64,000 nt of DNA from Neoechinorhynchus agilis (GCA_051530055.1 CM121342.1:10803480-10867479); one strand, 5' to 3'. Positions 1 to 11,740 are shown, counted from the first letter of the stretch. The notes: generated by a model from the sequence alone, not told the origin. Translations and numbers: made by a program.

Positions 1-80
1 CTGTGTAATTAAAGAAAATTTTGAGGCTTTTATTTTAAATGAGTGTACGCGGAAAACCGCAAATTTTAATCTTTTTAACA

Positions 81-228
81 AACTGATAATGAACCGGAGG
101 ACGTTCGTAGAGAACGTCTTTAATAAAATCTTTACTGGGTGAAGACTTCTAAACAATAATTCGGAGGACGTTCGTAGAGAACGTCTTTAATAAAATTTTT
201 ACTGGGCGAAGACTTCTAAACAATAATT
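81..228 (+). repeat. Two tandem 67-bp units of a dispersed repeat family (related copies at 3016-3172 and 34801-34997)
   Basis: cggaggacgttcgtagagaacgtctttaataaaat..actggg.gaagacttctaaacaataatt starts at 95 and again at 162; the first unit is preceded by aactgataatgaac. Confidence 0.85.
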
Positions 229-321
229 CTCTAATCATATAGCCCTCGATACCTGCTCGCGTATCGACATTTTGATAACAAATGAGCCCACAAAATCGGC
301 GCCTAGTGATACTTTTACTAG

Positions 322-1519
322 CTATGAGATTTGTGGCGCTTTTTTGATGCCCTTAAACACAAATAAGGGATGTTTAGGTCGATTTATGAGTCGAGATAAA
401 ACGAGTCCGTGACATAACGGCACCGTAGCGTACAAAATGGATTTTTCGTGGACTTGAAAGGAGAAAAGGAAGAAGGAAAGGGCAGTAAGATGAGAGCAGA
501 TCAGTAGATTTTTCCTTTTGTTCCTCCGTGGACTTTGAGCGAAGATTGTTGGTAAAATGGTGACAAGAGTAGTTAAGGTTGCAGCAATGAATTGTTGTTG
601 CTTACTCATAATCGATCTTACTTTAACGAACACGTTCACCGTTGACCACAAGTTGGCCACTTTGTCTTCGAACAAACCACGTTCAGTTGGAAACATCCGG
701 TTGAAAACTTGCTTCAGTGATTCTGGACCAAAGTAGGGACTCATTATGGCTCCAAATGTGAGAAGTACGGAAATAGAGGATAAAAAAAGTGATTTGAACT
801 CAGCGTTAACTAGCATGTACAAGGCCACTGGGATCGAGTAATACAATGCCATTTGTTTGCTCATTACGGCGAGTGTGAATATACTAGCACTTATAACGAA
901 ATGATTGGATAAAAAGAAAGTCAATGACAATAACGCAAGTCCAATCGAGAGACAATTGTATTGGAAATGGCCGTAATCAATTAAGATCAGATCAGCGTAC
1001 AAGAACAAATTCTCTTCTGTAAAGCACGACAAAAAAGAGAATACGCTTCGCCTATGTCATACAAGCGGCCAAACTCAAAATCGTATTTCTTGATGAAGAT
1101 CGATCTAAGAGTAACCAAAATCCAGGAAGCAGGAATAGCAGCTCAGTCGCAAAGACTGAAGATCTCATAAATAAAGTCAGCGCATTCGATTCATATCCTG
1201 TGCTCGATCCTAGCGTCGTCCAATCAGATTCAACCAGAGTTGATATTCGTCCGACTACGTAGGCATGATAGGCAGCAACTGGAGGATAATCAATCCCCCA
1301 ATATGAAAGATTATTGTCTTTAGTCTGGGTATACCAATCCTGGACGGGCAAATTGTTCGTAATCTCCATCCAATGGCGGTGAGCCTCAAAATCACCATAC
1401 ATTGGAGGACGGTTCTTACCAGAATACGAAGAATCTCGGGCAATTAACGAACGCAAAAAATAACCGAATGATACGACTGAAATGATTAACAAAATAAACT
1501 GTTGATCGAGGTATTTCAT
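322..1519 (-). CDS. ALG6: Dolichyl-P-Glc:Man9GlcNAc2-PP-dolichol glucosyltransferase (ALG6-like), two exons; C-terminus appears truncated or continues outside the window
   Basis: ALG6 motifs YGDFEAHRHWMEIT, YWGIDYPP, LILIDYGHFQYN, RGLFEDKVANLW and FFLFSFQVHEKSIL lie across ORFs 1052-1519 and 322-1032. An in-frame join is possible via intron 1074-1017 (GTTTGG..TTACAG). Confidence 0.85.
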
Positions 1520-1582
1520 TTCTAAAAAGAAAAATAATAGAAAGTGTTGTGTATTTTATGAGCTTTTGTAAGCAACACTTGG

Positions 1583-2535
1583 AAAAAAGATACTCCCCAG
1601 GTCAATGCTTCGATTTTATATCGTCCAAATCAATAAAACAAATCAATATAATTAATTAAATGGTTTGTTATAGTTATTCGCGTATCGATTCAAAAAAGAA
1701 AAGATACTCGCCAAGGTCAGGCTTCGATTTTATATCGTTCAAATCAACAAAACAAATCAATAGCATTAATTAAATCGTTTGTTAAAGTTATTCGCGAATC
1801 GAATCAAAAGAGAAAAGATACTCGCCAAGGCCAGCCCTCGATTTTATATCGTTAAAATCAATGAAGCTAATCAATAGCATTAATTAAATCGTTTTTTAAA
1901 GTTATTTGCGAATCGGATCAAAAAAGAAAAGGTACTCCCCAGGTCAATGCCTCGATTTTATATTGTTCAAATCAATAAAACAAATCAATATAATTAATTA
2001 AATTGTTTGCTAAAGTTATTCGCGAATCGAATCAAAAAAGAAAAGATACTCCCCAAGGTCATACATCGATTTTATATCGTTCAAATCAATAAAACAAATC
2101 AATAGCATTAATTAAATCGTTTTTTAAAGTTATTTGCGAATCGAATCAAAAAAGAAAAGATACTCGCCAAGGCCAGGCCTCCATTTTATATCATTAAAAT
2201 CAATGAAGCAAATCAATATAATTAATTAAATCGTTTGTTAAAGTTATTCGCGAATCGAATCAAAAAAGAAAAGATACTCTCCAAGGTCATACCTCGATTT
2301 TATATCGTTCAAATCAATAAAACAAATCAATAGTATTAATTAAATCGTTTTTTAAAGTTATTCGCGAATCGAATAAAAAAAGAAAAGATACTCGCCAAGG
2401 CCAAGCCTCGATTTTATATCATTAAAATCAATGAAGCAAATCAATAGCATTAATTAAATCGATTTTTAAAGTTACTCGCGAATCGGACCAAAAATAAAAG
2501 ATACTCCCGAAAGCCAGACCTTGATTTTATGTCGC
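1583..2535. repeat. Minisatellite, about 8.3 copies of a 114-bp unit
   Basis: a(g/a)atactc-type anchor recurs at 1588, 1702, 1816, 1930, 2044, 2158, 2272, 2386 and 2499. Confidence 0.95.
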
Positions 2536-3015
2536 CAAAAAGGCTAATTTTTGACCCTTGTCTTTAAATGTTTAAAATAGTTAAATCGATTGACAACGCT
2601 ACCGTACGACAGAATCATCAAAGGAATTTCATGTATTCGAAAACGCTTTTGGGTAGTTTGATCGCCAAAAAGTACGATAATCTCAGTTTTTCTGCTTCTT
2701 TTATTAATTCTTTTTTAGTTGTTCCGAATCGTCCGTGGTACAATTTTTTCAAATTACGATCGAAATAGTGAACCATTTTAGATTCGATTTTGACTTTTGC
2801 TTATTTGCAAAACGACTTCTATTACTTTTCGTATTTATATTTAGTTTACGCAACTGGTTGCTTTTGATAGCAGAAGCCTTCTTGTTATTTTTAATCGATT
2901 TCCGATTCCTTTTCCGTTTGGCGCGATCACTTCTTCATCTTTCAATGAGGCCAAACCTTTATTTTAGGGATTTTTCCAACGTTTAGTTGCTTCAAATTTC
3001 AATCTTAAAGTCGGA

Positions 3016-3172
3016 ACTATTGTTTAGAAGTCTACTTCGGCGATAAATGATTATTTATTAAAATAGTTTCGAACCTCGTTGGGTTCATCATCAGTTTGTT
3101 ACCTGACGAGGTTCGCAGAACGTCTTTAATAAATAATCATTTTCCGCGGGTGTAGACTTCTAAACAATAATT
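3016..3172. repeat. Imperfect inverted repeat (head-to-head arms) of the family also at 81-228 and 34801-34997
   Basis: attgtttagaagtctac / gtagacttctaaacaat, aaatgattatttattaaa / tttaataaataatcattt and cgaacctcgt / acgaggttcg are reverse complements. Confidence 0.85.
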
Positions 3173-4311
3173 CCAATCACATTCCCCGGTACCTCACATA
3201 TCGACAATCTTAAGGCCGTCCAGGCTATGGCCGCAAAATAACTTGTAGCCTTAGAACACACTAATCCGGAGCTTTAACATAATCTTTGTGCCACTCAGTC
3301 TCCAGGATCCGCTGTAGTCCAACGTCACAGCTTTGTAGCTTCCAAGTGCACTGTGTGCCGTTGGGTGTATATAGAGGATTCCAGGCCATCAATTAATAAC
3401 TTAACGTTTTATAGCTGCAAAGATCTAACAACAAAAACACCAATCCAAAACTTTCATAAAAATTTCACTAGATAGCTTAAGTTCGTTGTTCAGTTTCTTG
3501 TATTTTCCCTGAAATAAAACGTGTTATTATTAAAAAGCCTCTTGGCTGTCTTTAATTAACTCATATTTCTCACTAGCGGTCGCAACTATCGTCGGAGTCT
3601 CATAGTTCCATTTCATCACGTTTTCAGTCCCTTTAGATATTTCTTTTACACCAAGAATTGCTTGCCTATGATTCGAGCTCAAGCTACTTAATTCCTAATG
3701 AGAGCGAAGTGCCCAAAACGTGAAATCCAGGGAATTTAGCATCCATTGTATCCAATGCCATCTTAAAATATTCTCCTAAAAAGTTGTATTTCAAATTCGT
3801 AAAAGCACTTCTTTAGTGCAAATTCTTTTACTCTTCTGTACAGCAACCTTGAAAAGATTAATCTTCTGAAATACATGCCTTCTTGATTTTTCGAACACAT
3901 CCTCCGGTTCTATTATTTTCCTCACATACCACATGATTGTTCGTTCACATCTTCCAAAATTCAAATCACTGCCAATACTAAATAGATAATGACGTTTTAT
4001 TAGGTTCCCTGAACTGAATCGGCTATTATTGAGTGGGCTACTTATGCAAACAGCTTTTCAAATACTTGACCGATTAATGGCGATTTTATGCTTTAAGCAT
4101 TGCTTTATTAGTTTGTCAACGTTATCGCTCTATTTTACCATCAAGGAGCAAATCAAATAATCGAGCGTAAAAGGAAAATTTTATTTCAAGGTACAAAAAA
4201 CCGATTCGTTTAAATTTACCATTTTCGTCTAAGTCGTGAATTGTTATTGTGACTCAAAACATAAATATAAATCATTTATTAACGACAAATATCCACAACT
4301 CTGCAGATTGC

Positions 4312-6852
4312 TTAAAGATAATATAAAAGATCATGCAAACGTTGGTGCGGCTCTCTTTTAAAACAGGTTCCTGCCATGTATGCCAGTTTGTGGGCGTATT
4401 GGCACATTGCTGGCACTCTGATCGCTCCTGACCAATTGAAATACATATGGCACAGTTTATAGGAAAATTGCTGAACCTCGTCCATCGAGAACTTGTTTTT
4501 ATCTGCCAAGATGTTGAAGTGACTCGGCGTGGCTGAACCTTGAGTAACTTGCTGTGGCACAAGATAAAAATCCCTCCATCGTTCCATTGTCAAAATTCTG
4601 TCCACAACAAGACCACCATCGGGATTAGCTATAGGTTTGTTTGAGCTGCCCAATGTAAAGAATCGGGAATTGATTCGCTTCTTAACCACAATGTACGTGA
4701 GCTTTGGTCTCGGTGCTTCGTCTTCATTTGATCCAACGACCATACTCATCGCCATGAGGATTTGTTGACACTCACTCATCCCAATGTAACCGAGCTGGCC
4801 GTCACCAATTCCGTCGCGGTAAACAACAATGGATGTTGGAACTCTGTTGCCATTGTGATTTTTGTACCGGTTAATCGCTTCCGCTAAGCACATCGTCAGA
4901 CAAGTCACCAATTCTTGTCCCGGAGATTGAGTGAAACATCGAGAGTAACATTTTGAAAAAGTCGAATTTAAAGAACAAACTACGGCTGAAATTGAAGTCA
5001 TTTTGGAATGATAGCAGTCGATACCAATCACCATCGCGTCTCTAAATGACTCTCCGAATCCACCAGATACAGACCACGGTTCACTTCCTGTTTTACATCC
5101 GATCTGAATTCCAATCTTTGCCATGATTGGCATTTTGCACGCCAGGAAGTTCTTCTCTTTGATGAATTGACTAGGAACTCCGTATCCCATCGATAAACAA
5201 CCCTTCATAGTTGTATAAAAGCCGGTGCTGCAGTAGTTGCTCATCAAAATAACAACCATTTCGGCTCTATCAACGTCATTTTCTTCTAAGACTCGCTGAA
5301 CAGCAGCGATAACATTCTGTCCTCTTGTCGGATAAGTTCTCACTCGTGGCTCGTCAGGAAAAATACGAAGAGTCCTCATTACTGAGTTCAGCGATGAGAG
5401 GAAATTGTCTACTCGGATACCTTCCGGTACGAGAATCAACCATCGTTTCAATGGTTCCGGACGGAAAAGCGATTTTTGCCCCATATCACGCCACGTAAAC
5501 CGAACACATCCACGAGGATCTCCAGGCTGTGGTTCGTTCAAATATCGTGCTTCAACTATCTCTGGATCTCTTGATATTTTCAAAGGAAAGTGGCGTGAAG
5601 TGTCCACCGTGGTCAGTCTTTGTAATACATTTCTAATGTATTGCATTCTAAATTGAGGAATCGTCTCCCGGCAAACGACTCTCATCATTCTCGATCTTTC
5701 AACTGGGCTAACCCGATCCAGTCCTGCTATTTGACAGAATTCAGGAATAAGATGAATCTCCTTCTTGTTCCCATCTTTGTCCTTTACCCTTGCTGTAAGT
5801 AATGGAAGGCGCGGGTTATGTATTTGTAGGTGATATCGTTCTCGATAATAATCAATAAAGTTAATTTGCCGATTATCGTCTGCAGTGAATCTGCATGTGG
5901 AGTCACAATTAAAATCAACGTCCGTTATACGATAAAATCGATTGTTGTAAGAAGTCATGACCGAAGATCCAACTACTTCGTCGATAAGATGTTTACGTCC
6001 ATAATTTGATCCAAGCTCGAGGCGATTCATTATTGCCGATACCATGTTCTTATTTACTATTTTGTTAATCCTGTCAATACAAAGCATCAAGCGTCCGCCT
6101 TTTCGAGGCAAAATCGATGCTTTTATTCCTGGGAATATCTGGAAACCTTCTATTTCTCTACGTCCATCTGAAGACATGTCAAACATATTCCGCTGGATCG
6201 TCTTGAAACCGACTTCGTTCAATCGTCCTCGAAGGATGAGACCGAGTATTGCAATAAACGGCTCAGTTCCAGGTACCGTTTCGCCAGTTGCCTCAAGCTT
6301 TACTTTGTATTTTACATTTCGAAACTGAATGTCCGAATATTCAAGGATTTCAGGTTTATGAGCCAAGTGGATTGATTGACCGGTAAAACTAAAGACTTGG
6401 TTATTCCAGTTTGTTCTTGATACAATCTTAAGAACCTTGCTTTTGACCATCTTTGATTCACATGGTGGTTCGATCTCAACAGCGAAATTAAAAATCTTGT
6501 AATGCGGAACGCTGTCAACTTTAAAGTAGTTGCTTACAACCCGCGTCTTTGATCCACTTGTTCCATAATCTTGGATCCGCTCATCGTCTACAACAGATAA
6601 GACTTCATTGATCTCAGATGCCAATATTAGTCGCTGTCTTCGGTTGTGCCCGCCATTCCCAGTTGATTGTAGGGGTTGGTTTCCTTCGTCGGACCGTTCA
6701 TTTAAATTTATTCTCGCAAAGTCAATATCTCGAGCTGACCTTACATTGTTTCTCCTTGGACCAAAACCACTGGGCCTTCTCTCACGCCCTCGTCTATTGT
6801 TTGGACGTTCGCTAGGAGGTCCTCTATAACAGTTACGTCCACGATATGCCAT
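4312..6852 (-). CDS. piwi: PIWI-clade Argonaute, 846 aa, intronless (copy 1)
   Basis: RG-rich N-terminus; PAZ (YNNRFYRITDVDF..FIDYYRERY..LIPEFC); MID (VPSQ..KIGIQIGCK); PIWI domain with GIDCYH, GQEL, YRDGIG and QYAHKLA (D-E-D-H); C-terminal LYYL. Confidence 0.97.
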   Translation of the reverse strand: MAYRGRNCYRGPPSERPNNRRGRERRPSGFGPRRNNVRSARDIDFARINLNERSDEGNQPLQSTGNGGHNRRQRLILASEINEVLSVVDDERIQDYGTSGSKTRVVSNYFKVDSVPHYKIFNFAVEIEPPCESKMVKSKVLKIVSRTNWNNQVFSFTGQSIHLAHKPEILEYSDIQFRNVKYKVKLEATGETVPGTEPFIAILGLILRGRLNEVGFKTIQRNMFDMSSDGRREIEGFQIFPGIKASILPRKGGRLMLCIDRINKIVNKNMVSAIMNRLELGSNYGRKHLIDEVVGSSVMTSYNNRFYRITDVDFNCDSTCRFTADDNRQINFIDYYRERYHLQIHNPRLPLLTARVKDKDGNKKEIHLIPEFCQIAGLDRVSPVERSRMMRVVCRETIPQFRMQYIRNVLQRLTTVDTSRHFPLKISRDPEIVEARYLNEPQPGDPRGCVRFTWRDMGQKSLFRPEPLKRWLILVPEGIRVDNFLSSLNSVMRTLRIFPDEPRVRTYPTRGQNVIAAVQRVLEENDVDRAEMVVILMSNYCSTGFYTTMKGCLSMGYGVPSQFIKEKNFLACKMPIMAKIGIQIGCKTGSEPWSVSGGFGESFRDAMVIGIDCYHSKMTSISAVVCSLNSTFSKCYSRCFTQSPGQELVTCLTMCLAEAINRYKNHNGNRVPTSIVVYRDGIGDGQLGYIGMSECQQILMAMSMVVGSNEDEAPRPKLTYIVVKKRINSRFFTLGSSNKPIANPDGGLVVDRILTMERWRDFYLVPQQVTQGSATPSHFNILADKNKFSMDEVQQFSYKLCHMYFNWSGAIRVPAMCQYAHKLAYMAGTCFKREPHQRLHDLLYYL

Positions 6853-7072
6853 CTAAAAGTTTAACAAGAAATGAGAAACTCTTTTAGTCATTAATTTTCC
6901 GGCTCATTTCGAAATATAACTGTAACATTTCCGGTGTGGACGTTCAAAAACCAAATAAAATAATCTATTGGTCTCAATTGTAGTGATTATTCAAGTTTCC
7001 GCTTCGATTAAAAGGTACAAATGTTAAATTGCCACTTCAAAAATATTTCTTAATCGTAGGTGAAAAACTAAT

Positions 7073-8615
7073 AAAGTTTACACTTTTGATGAACATAATC
7101 CCGAGCAAAACCCAATTTATTTATTTGAGATATTTCGAAATAGGTAAGCTCGCCTCATCAGCCATCTAAAAATATCTTGAAGCTTGGCACCAACTTTATA
7201 GAAATAATCTAATGTAAAAGGTTCCTCGGAGGTATTATAGTGTTGCTGAGATGATTCCTACTCTCCGGACAATAAAGATATTGATTTATTGGGAACCAGG
7301 TGTACCATGGGCCCCACCTCAATGGTCAACTCACAGACCCATGAAATACAAAATATTCTCAGCCATAACTTTAATGACCATGATATATAGGATCTGCTCG
7401 ACCACTCTAAGCAGGGAAACTGAACTCAAAAAAGTAACTGACGTACTAAGCAGGAGAGGTTTTCCTGAATTGGTCTTAAAATTGGCAAGGAGACGAGCAC
7501 GTGGTATCGCTTCTAACATTGTAACCAGACTAGGATCCGAAAACCGCATATTTCTGGGGATCAGATTTGTGGATGACACAACCCTGCATATACTCGAACG
7601 AGATTTGAAGCATATCGATCCAAACGTCGTACTCTACGCTAAGAAGGAAGGAAACCTGGACGGACTTTTCAAGAACAAACTGGAACACCCTATAGAGCAA
7701 GGAGTCTATCGAATACCATGCAAGGACTGCAAGGCTTCGTATATCGGCCAAACCAAACAAGGGTTGCTAATACGGATTGCTCAACACAAATATGCGTGCA
7801 AACGATTTGACCATTCATCGGCAATCGCTAATCACACGGAGAGGATGTAGCACAGGATAGCCTTTGATGAAGCCAGCTTTATCTCCTCCCAACCTGTCCT
7901 ACTAAGACGTCTTATAATGGAAGCAATGGTGATTGCTTCGACGAAAAATACGATCGAGGGCAATAAGTCGAACTTTAGTTTGAAACTACCTCCATTGCAC
8001 AATCTCAGGGGCTTCAGAGGACCAAAACAGCAGTCCAGAAACACGGGTCTGGCACTCCCGGGATTTCTAGCTACAGCATCCACTACGAATCAAGGGCGAA
8101 AAAAATGCGATGAAGTAACCAAACGATTTTTAATTTTTGAAGTTGGATTAATGCTTGAGAATGATGGATTTGCCCAGCGAAATATCGCAAAAAATCAATA
8201 TCTTTATTGTCCGGAGAGTAGGAATCACCTCAACAACTTTATAGAAATAGAGCAAAATTTAAAAATACGACTTGTTTTGGAGGCCTTGCACATCGCTGTG
8301 TCCAACACAATGGAAGGAAATAAAGCTAATTTTAGCTTGAAACTTCCAGCCAGCGACGTGTTAAAAATCAATACTGAAATCAGGAAAAAAACTTAGTATA
8401 GCGCATGGGGTTCGAGTGGATAATTTGCCCGAACTACGGGTTTGGCGATTCCACGCACTCGAGCATAAAACCTTAATGTGTAAAACGCATTTTTAGATGA
8501 ATGATGAGGCGATGTTACTTCGTTCGAAATATTTCCAACAAATCAAAATCAATGTCCGGGATTGTGTTCACCAAAAAAATACAGCGATTAGTCCGAAGAA
8601 TTTTCTATAGATAAT
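7073..8615 (+). mobile_element. Penelope-like element remnant (RT thumb + GIY-YIG) bounded by ~90-bp inverted repeats, inserted ~220 bp upstream of PIWI copy 1
   Basis: ORF 7251-7850 contains VYRIPCKDCKASYIGQT..RIAQH, with a premature TAG, and continues EAMVI..IEGNK. A second GIY-YIG C-terminus (LEALHI..MEGNK) lies at ~8270-8350. Inverted repeats at ~7084-7172 and ~8490-8578. Absent at the empty site aactaat|ccatttt in copies 2 and 3; TAAT is duplicated (7069-7072, 8612-8615). Confidence 0.88.
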
Positions 8616-9374
8616 CCATTTTATCTGCTTTAGAAATAGCGAGGACTGAAGATATTGTACAGAAGCTTTTAAGAGTATTCTATTACAACGGACGGCAAAA
8701 GTGAGATTTGATTAAAACTTTTATCGTGATATCCTCCTAAGAATGAATTATTGGACGGATGCATAGATACCGACGGCAATGGAAGGAAATCCAGCACAAA
8801 AAAGATTTTAAGATTAATCTACATTTCATCTTTTAGGCGTTATTCATCGCAGCGTTATTTAGAAGAGAATTTTCATTGACCGCAATCTAAATTATTGTAT
8901 GCGATTTACGAAGTTATTCTTGTACGAAAAGCGCTTGAGGAATGTAAATCCTAACGCGTAAAAGATTCAAACAGGAACATAAAAACCTTTTTTTAAGGAC
9001 GTATAGAATCCGCTTTTAGAATCCAAAATGTATTGCCTTACAAAAAAGGTGATCTGATAAATCTGGAGCAATTTTCTTGCAAAGCTACCTATAAATATTT
9101 CCGAGAATGGGTATTGCGCTTTTGGGAATATTGATTGTTGTCGGTGTTACCTCAAGAATGCATAATAATTTGGGCCGAAAAAAGATTATTGCGGACGAGA
9201 TGAAAGGTTGATCGACTACCTTCATATGGATTATTATTGTTGCATTTATCGGCTTAACGAATGCTCAAGACAAAAGTTACTTTGTTTCGAAATTACGTCA
9301 ACTTTCTTGGCTTTGTGTATCTTGTTGATTAAGAAGCGATGGATTGATTAGACTGCTAAAAATAATATTTGACA

Positions 9375-9830
9375 ATCCTTACTGTCTCGTTGGAGAAAAG
9401 GGAACCCACAGAAGCGATTGGGATAGTGGTGAGCCAAGTACCCGATTCTCTTGTAGAGACTGCCGTCAATCGAGTTCGGTTCACTAGGTCACGAGAATCG
9501 GACATTAAGGAGTTATGAATTCTCGCTACCAGGGATGAGTCCCAAGCTGATTGTTTGCAACCATTGACGGGTAGTTGTTCGTTGCCCGAATCTCCACACC
9601 AAAGATTAAGCGCCTCTACGAAATCTTCATCCAAAGTGTAATTCTCGCCAAGAACGGATTTAGCTATTTTGCGGCTTGCTTCATACAATCCCAAATGAGC
9701 TGGCAGAGAAATATCGGCTGCTTTTCGGATACCCAAACCGCCGAAGGACACAGGCAAGGACGCTTGACGCCAGGCTGCGTCGGACCCCATGGAGGTGTGA
9801 AAATGTTTTATAAAACCCCATAAAATCACA
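9375..9830 (-). mobile_element. CRE-like non-LTR retrotransposon fragment (post-RT region)
   Basis: QASLPVSFGGLGIR, QSAWD and RLTAVSTRESGTWLTTIP..GSLFSNETVRI motifs. Confidence 0.75.
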
Positions 9831-11191
9831 TATTAAATTAAAAAATCATAAATTAGAGATTTTTTGAGATCAAGAAGCGGATATGAGTCCTAAAAAAGCT
9901 ACGTAATCATCCGAAAGGATGGACACCGTCTGGATAAAGGTAAAACTATTGTCGTCCACGGTTAACCCTAAGAGTTGCTTTTGACCCCCTAAATACAAGC
10001 AACTTTTGACTTAGAATAGAAGTGTCGCATATTTCGAATTTTTCGCCGATTCCTTTTGTTGTATAACCGAAAACGTGGTTTTATTTAGCTAACGGAACCG
10101 CGAAAACGTTTCATGGTACAACGAACGATAACGGTTAGTAATCGATAATATAATTACATTTATGATGTAGTCGAAACTAATCGATATCACACCTTTTATT
10201 AATAAAATTCGAATTGCTTCGATCTTAAACTTGTTCACTCTTTTAAAAATCGCGATTATTTGATTTTGCTATGAATAGAGATCCATGGTCGTTTGGGCAA
10301 ACCGTTTTTATTCATTTTAATAAAAACATTGGAACAACGTAGTTGCGATCGCAAATCATTGTTCGTCCTTTTCAATCGGATTTATAGCTCAGTTAAATCT
10401 CGGATCTATACCATCCAACATTATTTTGAGCTTTGGATCTCACGAAAACTTTCAATTTTCGCCATTATGCCTTGTAGCTATTTTTGGAAATCAATAGTAA
10501 ATTTGTTGAGAGGCAAGTGAAATTTAGTAAATTCAGATAGTAGGACAATTGTATAATTTAAAATGATTGGATTACTATTGTTTTATAGTGCCTTGGGTTG
10601 GTCATTGGTTGATCGGAAGGCCAGAGAGCTTGCTATTTAAAAAAATTGGCAGAAATCTTCGTTTTATTTCAAAAATGAGGTAGAAAAACTTAGTGTCATA
10701 AGTAAGGGAAATCTTTCTCTTTTCGAGAATGTATTTTCCATAACTACAATTCAGATTCACTCGATTCCGCCGCTAGTTTATCGGCGACTAATCTGTCATA
10801 AAACATTAATTTCTTATCCTTGAGAGATTCCACTTCAGCTTCCTTGTTAAGCACCTTCGAAATGAGTACCTTGGTTTCCATTCGGATCTTGAACATCGAT
10901 TCCATGATTCATTGTCCGATTGACTTATCGGAATTTCCAAGATCGTTAAAGTTTTGCTCATTATACTTCATGGTTGATCGGACTCTAGAAACACTTTAAA
11001 GAATAGTGGTCGGCATTTGTTTCTCAAATGTTTAGAGATTGATTTTCACAAAAAATCTCATTTTTTTTCTCCTAAAATTCTAATGAGATTTCGTTTAACC
11101 CGAATGCGCTCAAAATTTCCAATCAAACTTTAAAGCTAATTTAATAAGTTGAAACTCAGTCTAAATCTACGCTATTTATCTAGAGAACCTT

Positions 11192-11740
11192 TTAGCAACA
11201 GCAGCTTAAACGGCATTCGTCTTTGCAACAAGGTTCGCAGCAGCATTCGTCCTTGCAGCAGCACACAGAGCACGGATTCGGCGGACATTGGTATCCGTAT
11301 TGCTCGGCACACATCAATGGTCTTTCCGGGCAAGGGAACGGAGTCGCTGGAACGTACTCAATACTGCATGGAAGCACAGGAATTGGTCTCGGGCATGGTC
11401 TTGCCACTGGGCACGGTCTTCTCACTACGATTTTCCTTGGTGGCTTTGGTTTCACATATCCACATGGAATTGGGATTGGACAAGTCTGACTGGGAATCTC
11501 GATAACGCAACATTTGCTGTATTTTCTCTCTGGAGCGCATTCGAACGGAGGAGCCGGACATGGGCAAAGGCAGCAGGTATCCACCGGACACGGACATGGC
11601 TCACATGGACATTCCGGTGGGCATTCCATTGGACATTCGCATGGATCGAAGCAACAAGACGTGGCTAATTTTCCGGATTTCGAACGAGCCGATGTTAAAG
11701 CAACAATTGCCAAGTAAAGAATAACTTGTAAAGGAGCCAT
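11192..11740 (-). CDS. Secreted Cys/Pro-rich protein, 182 aa, intronless (copy 1)
   Basis: First ATG at 11740 (MAPLQVILYLAIVALTSA, signal-peptide-like); about 37 Cys; terminal CCCKDECCCEPCCKDECRLSCCC; duplicated intact at 20921-21469. Confidence 0.8.
   Translation of the reverse strand: MAPLQVILYLAIVALTSARSKSGKLATSCCFDPCECPMECPPECPCEPCPCPVDTCCLCPCPAPPFECAPERKYSKCCVIEIPSQTCPIPIPCGYVKPKPPRKIVVRRPCPVARPCPRPIPVLPCSIEYVPATPFPCPERPLMCAEQYGYQCPPNPCSVCCCKDECCCEPCCKDECRLSCCC

Noticed and set aside
95-228. CRISPR-like or regularly spaced array
   Set aside because: Eukaryotic DNA; the tandem units are contiguous with no unique spacers. The same applies to the 114-bp and 120-bp arrays.
1017-1062. Alternative genetic code (TAA/TAG read as sense) to explain internal stops
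   Set aside because: PIWI ends at its conserved LYYL with TAA and the 7B2-like gene ends in TAG, while long ORFs have no in-frame TAA/TAG; the standard code fits.
5405-6829. Short ORFs overlapping PIWI (and their duplicates in copies 2 and 3)
   Set aside because: Alternative-frame or antisense shadows; their recurrence only reflects the DNA duplication.
11149-11717. Plus-strand His/Gly-rich ORFs opposite the Cys-rich gene
   Set aside because: Antisense consequence of TGC/CCA-rich codons; the minus frame has the signal peptide and coherent composition.
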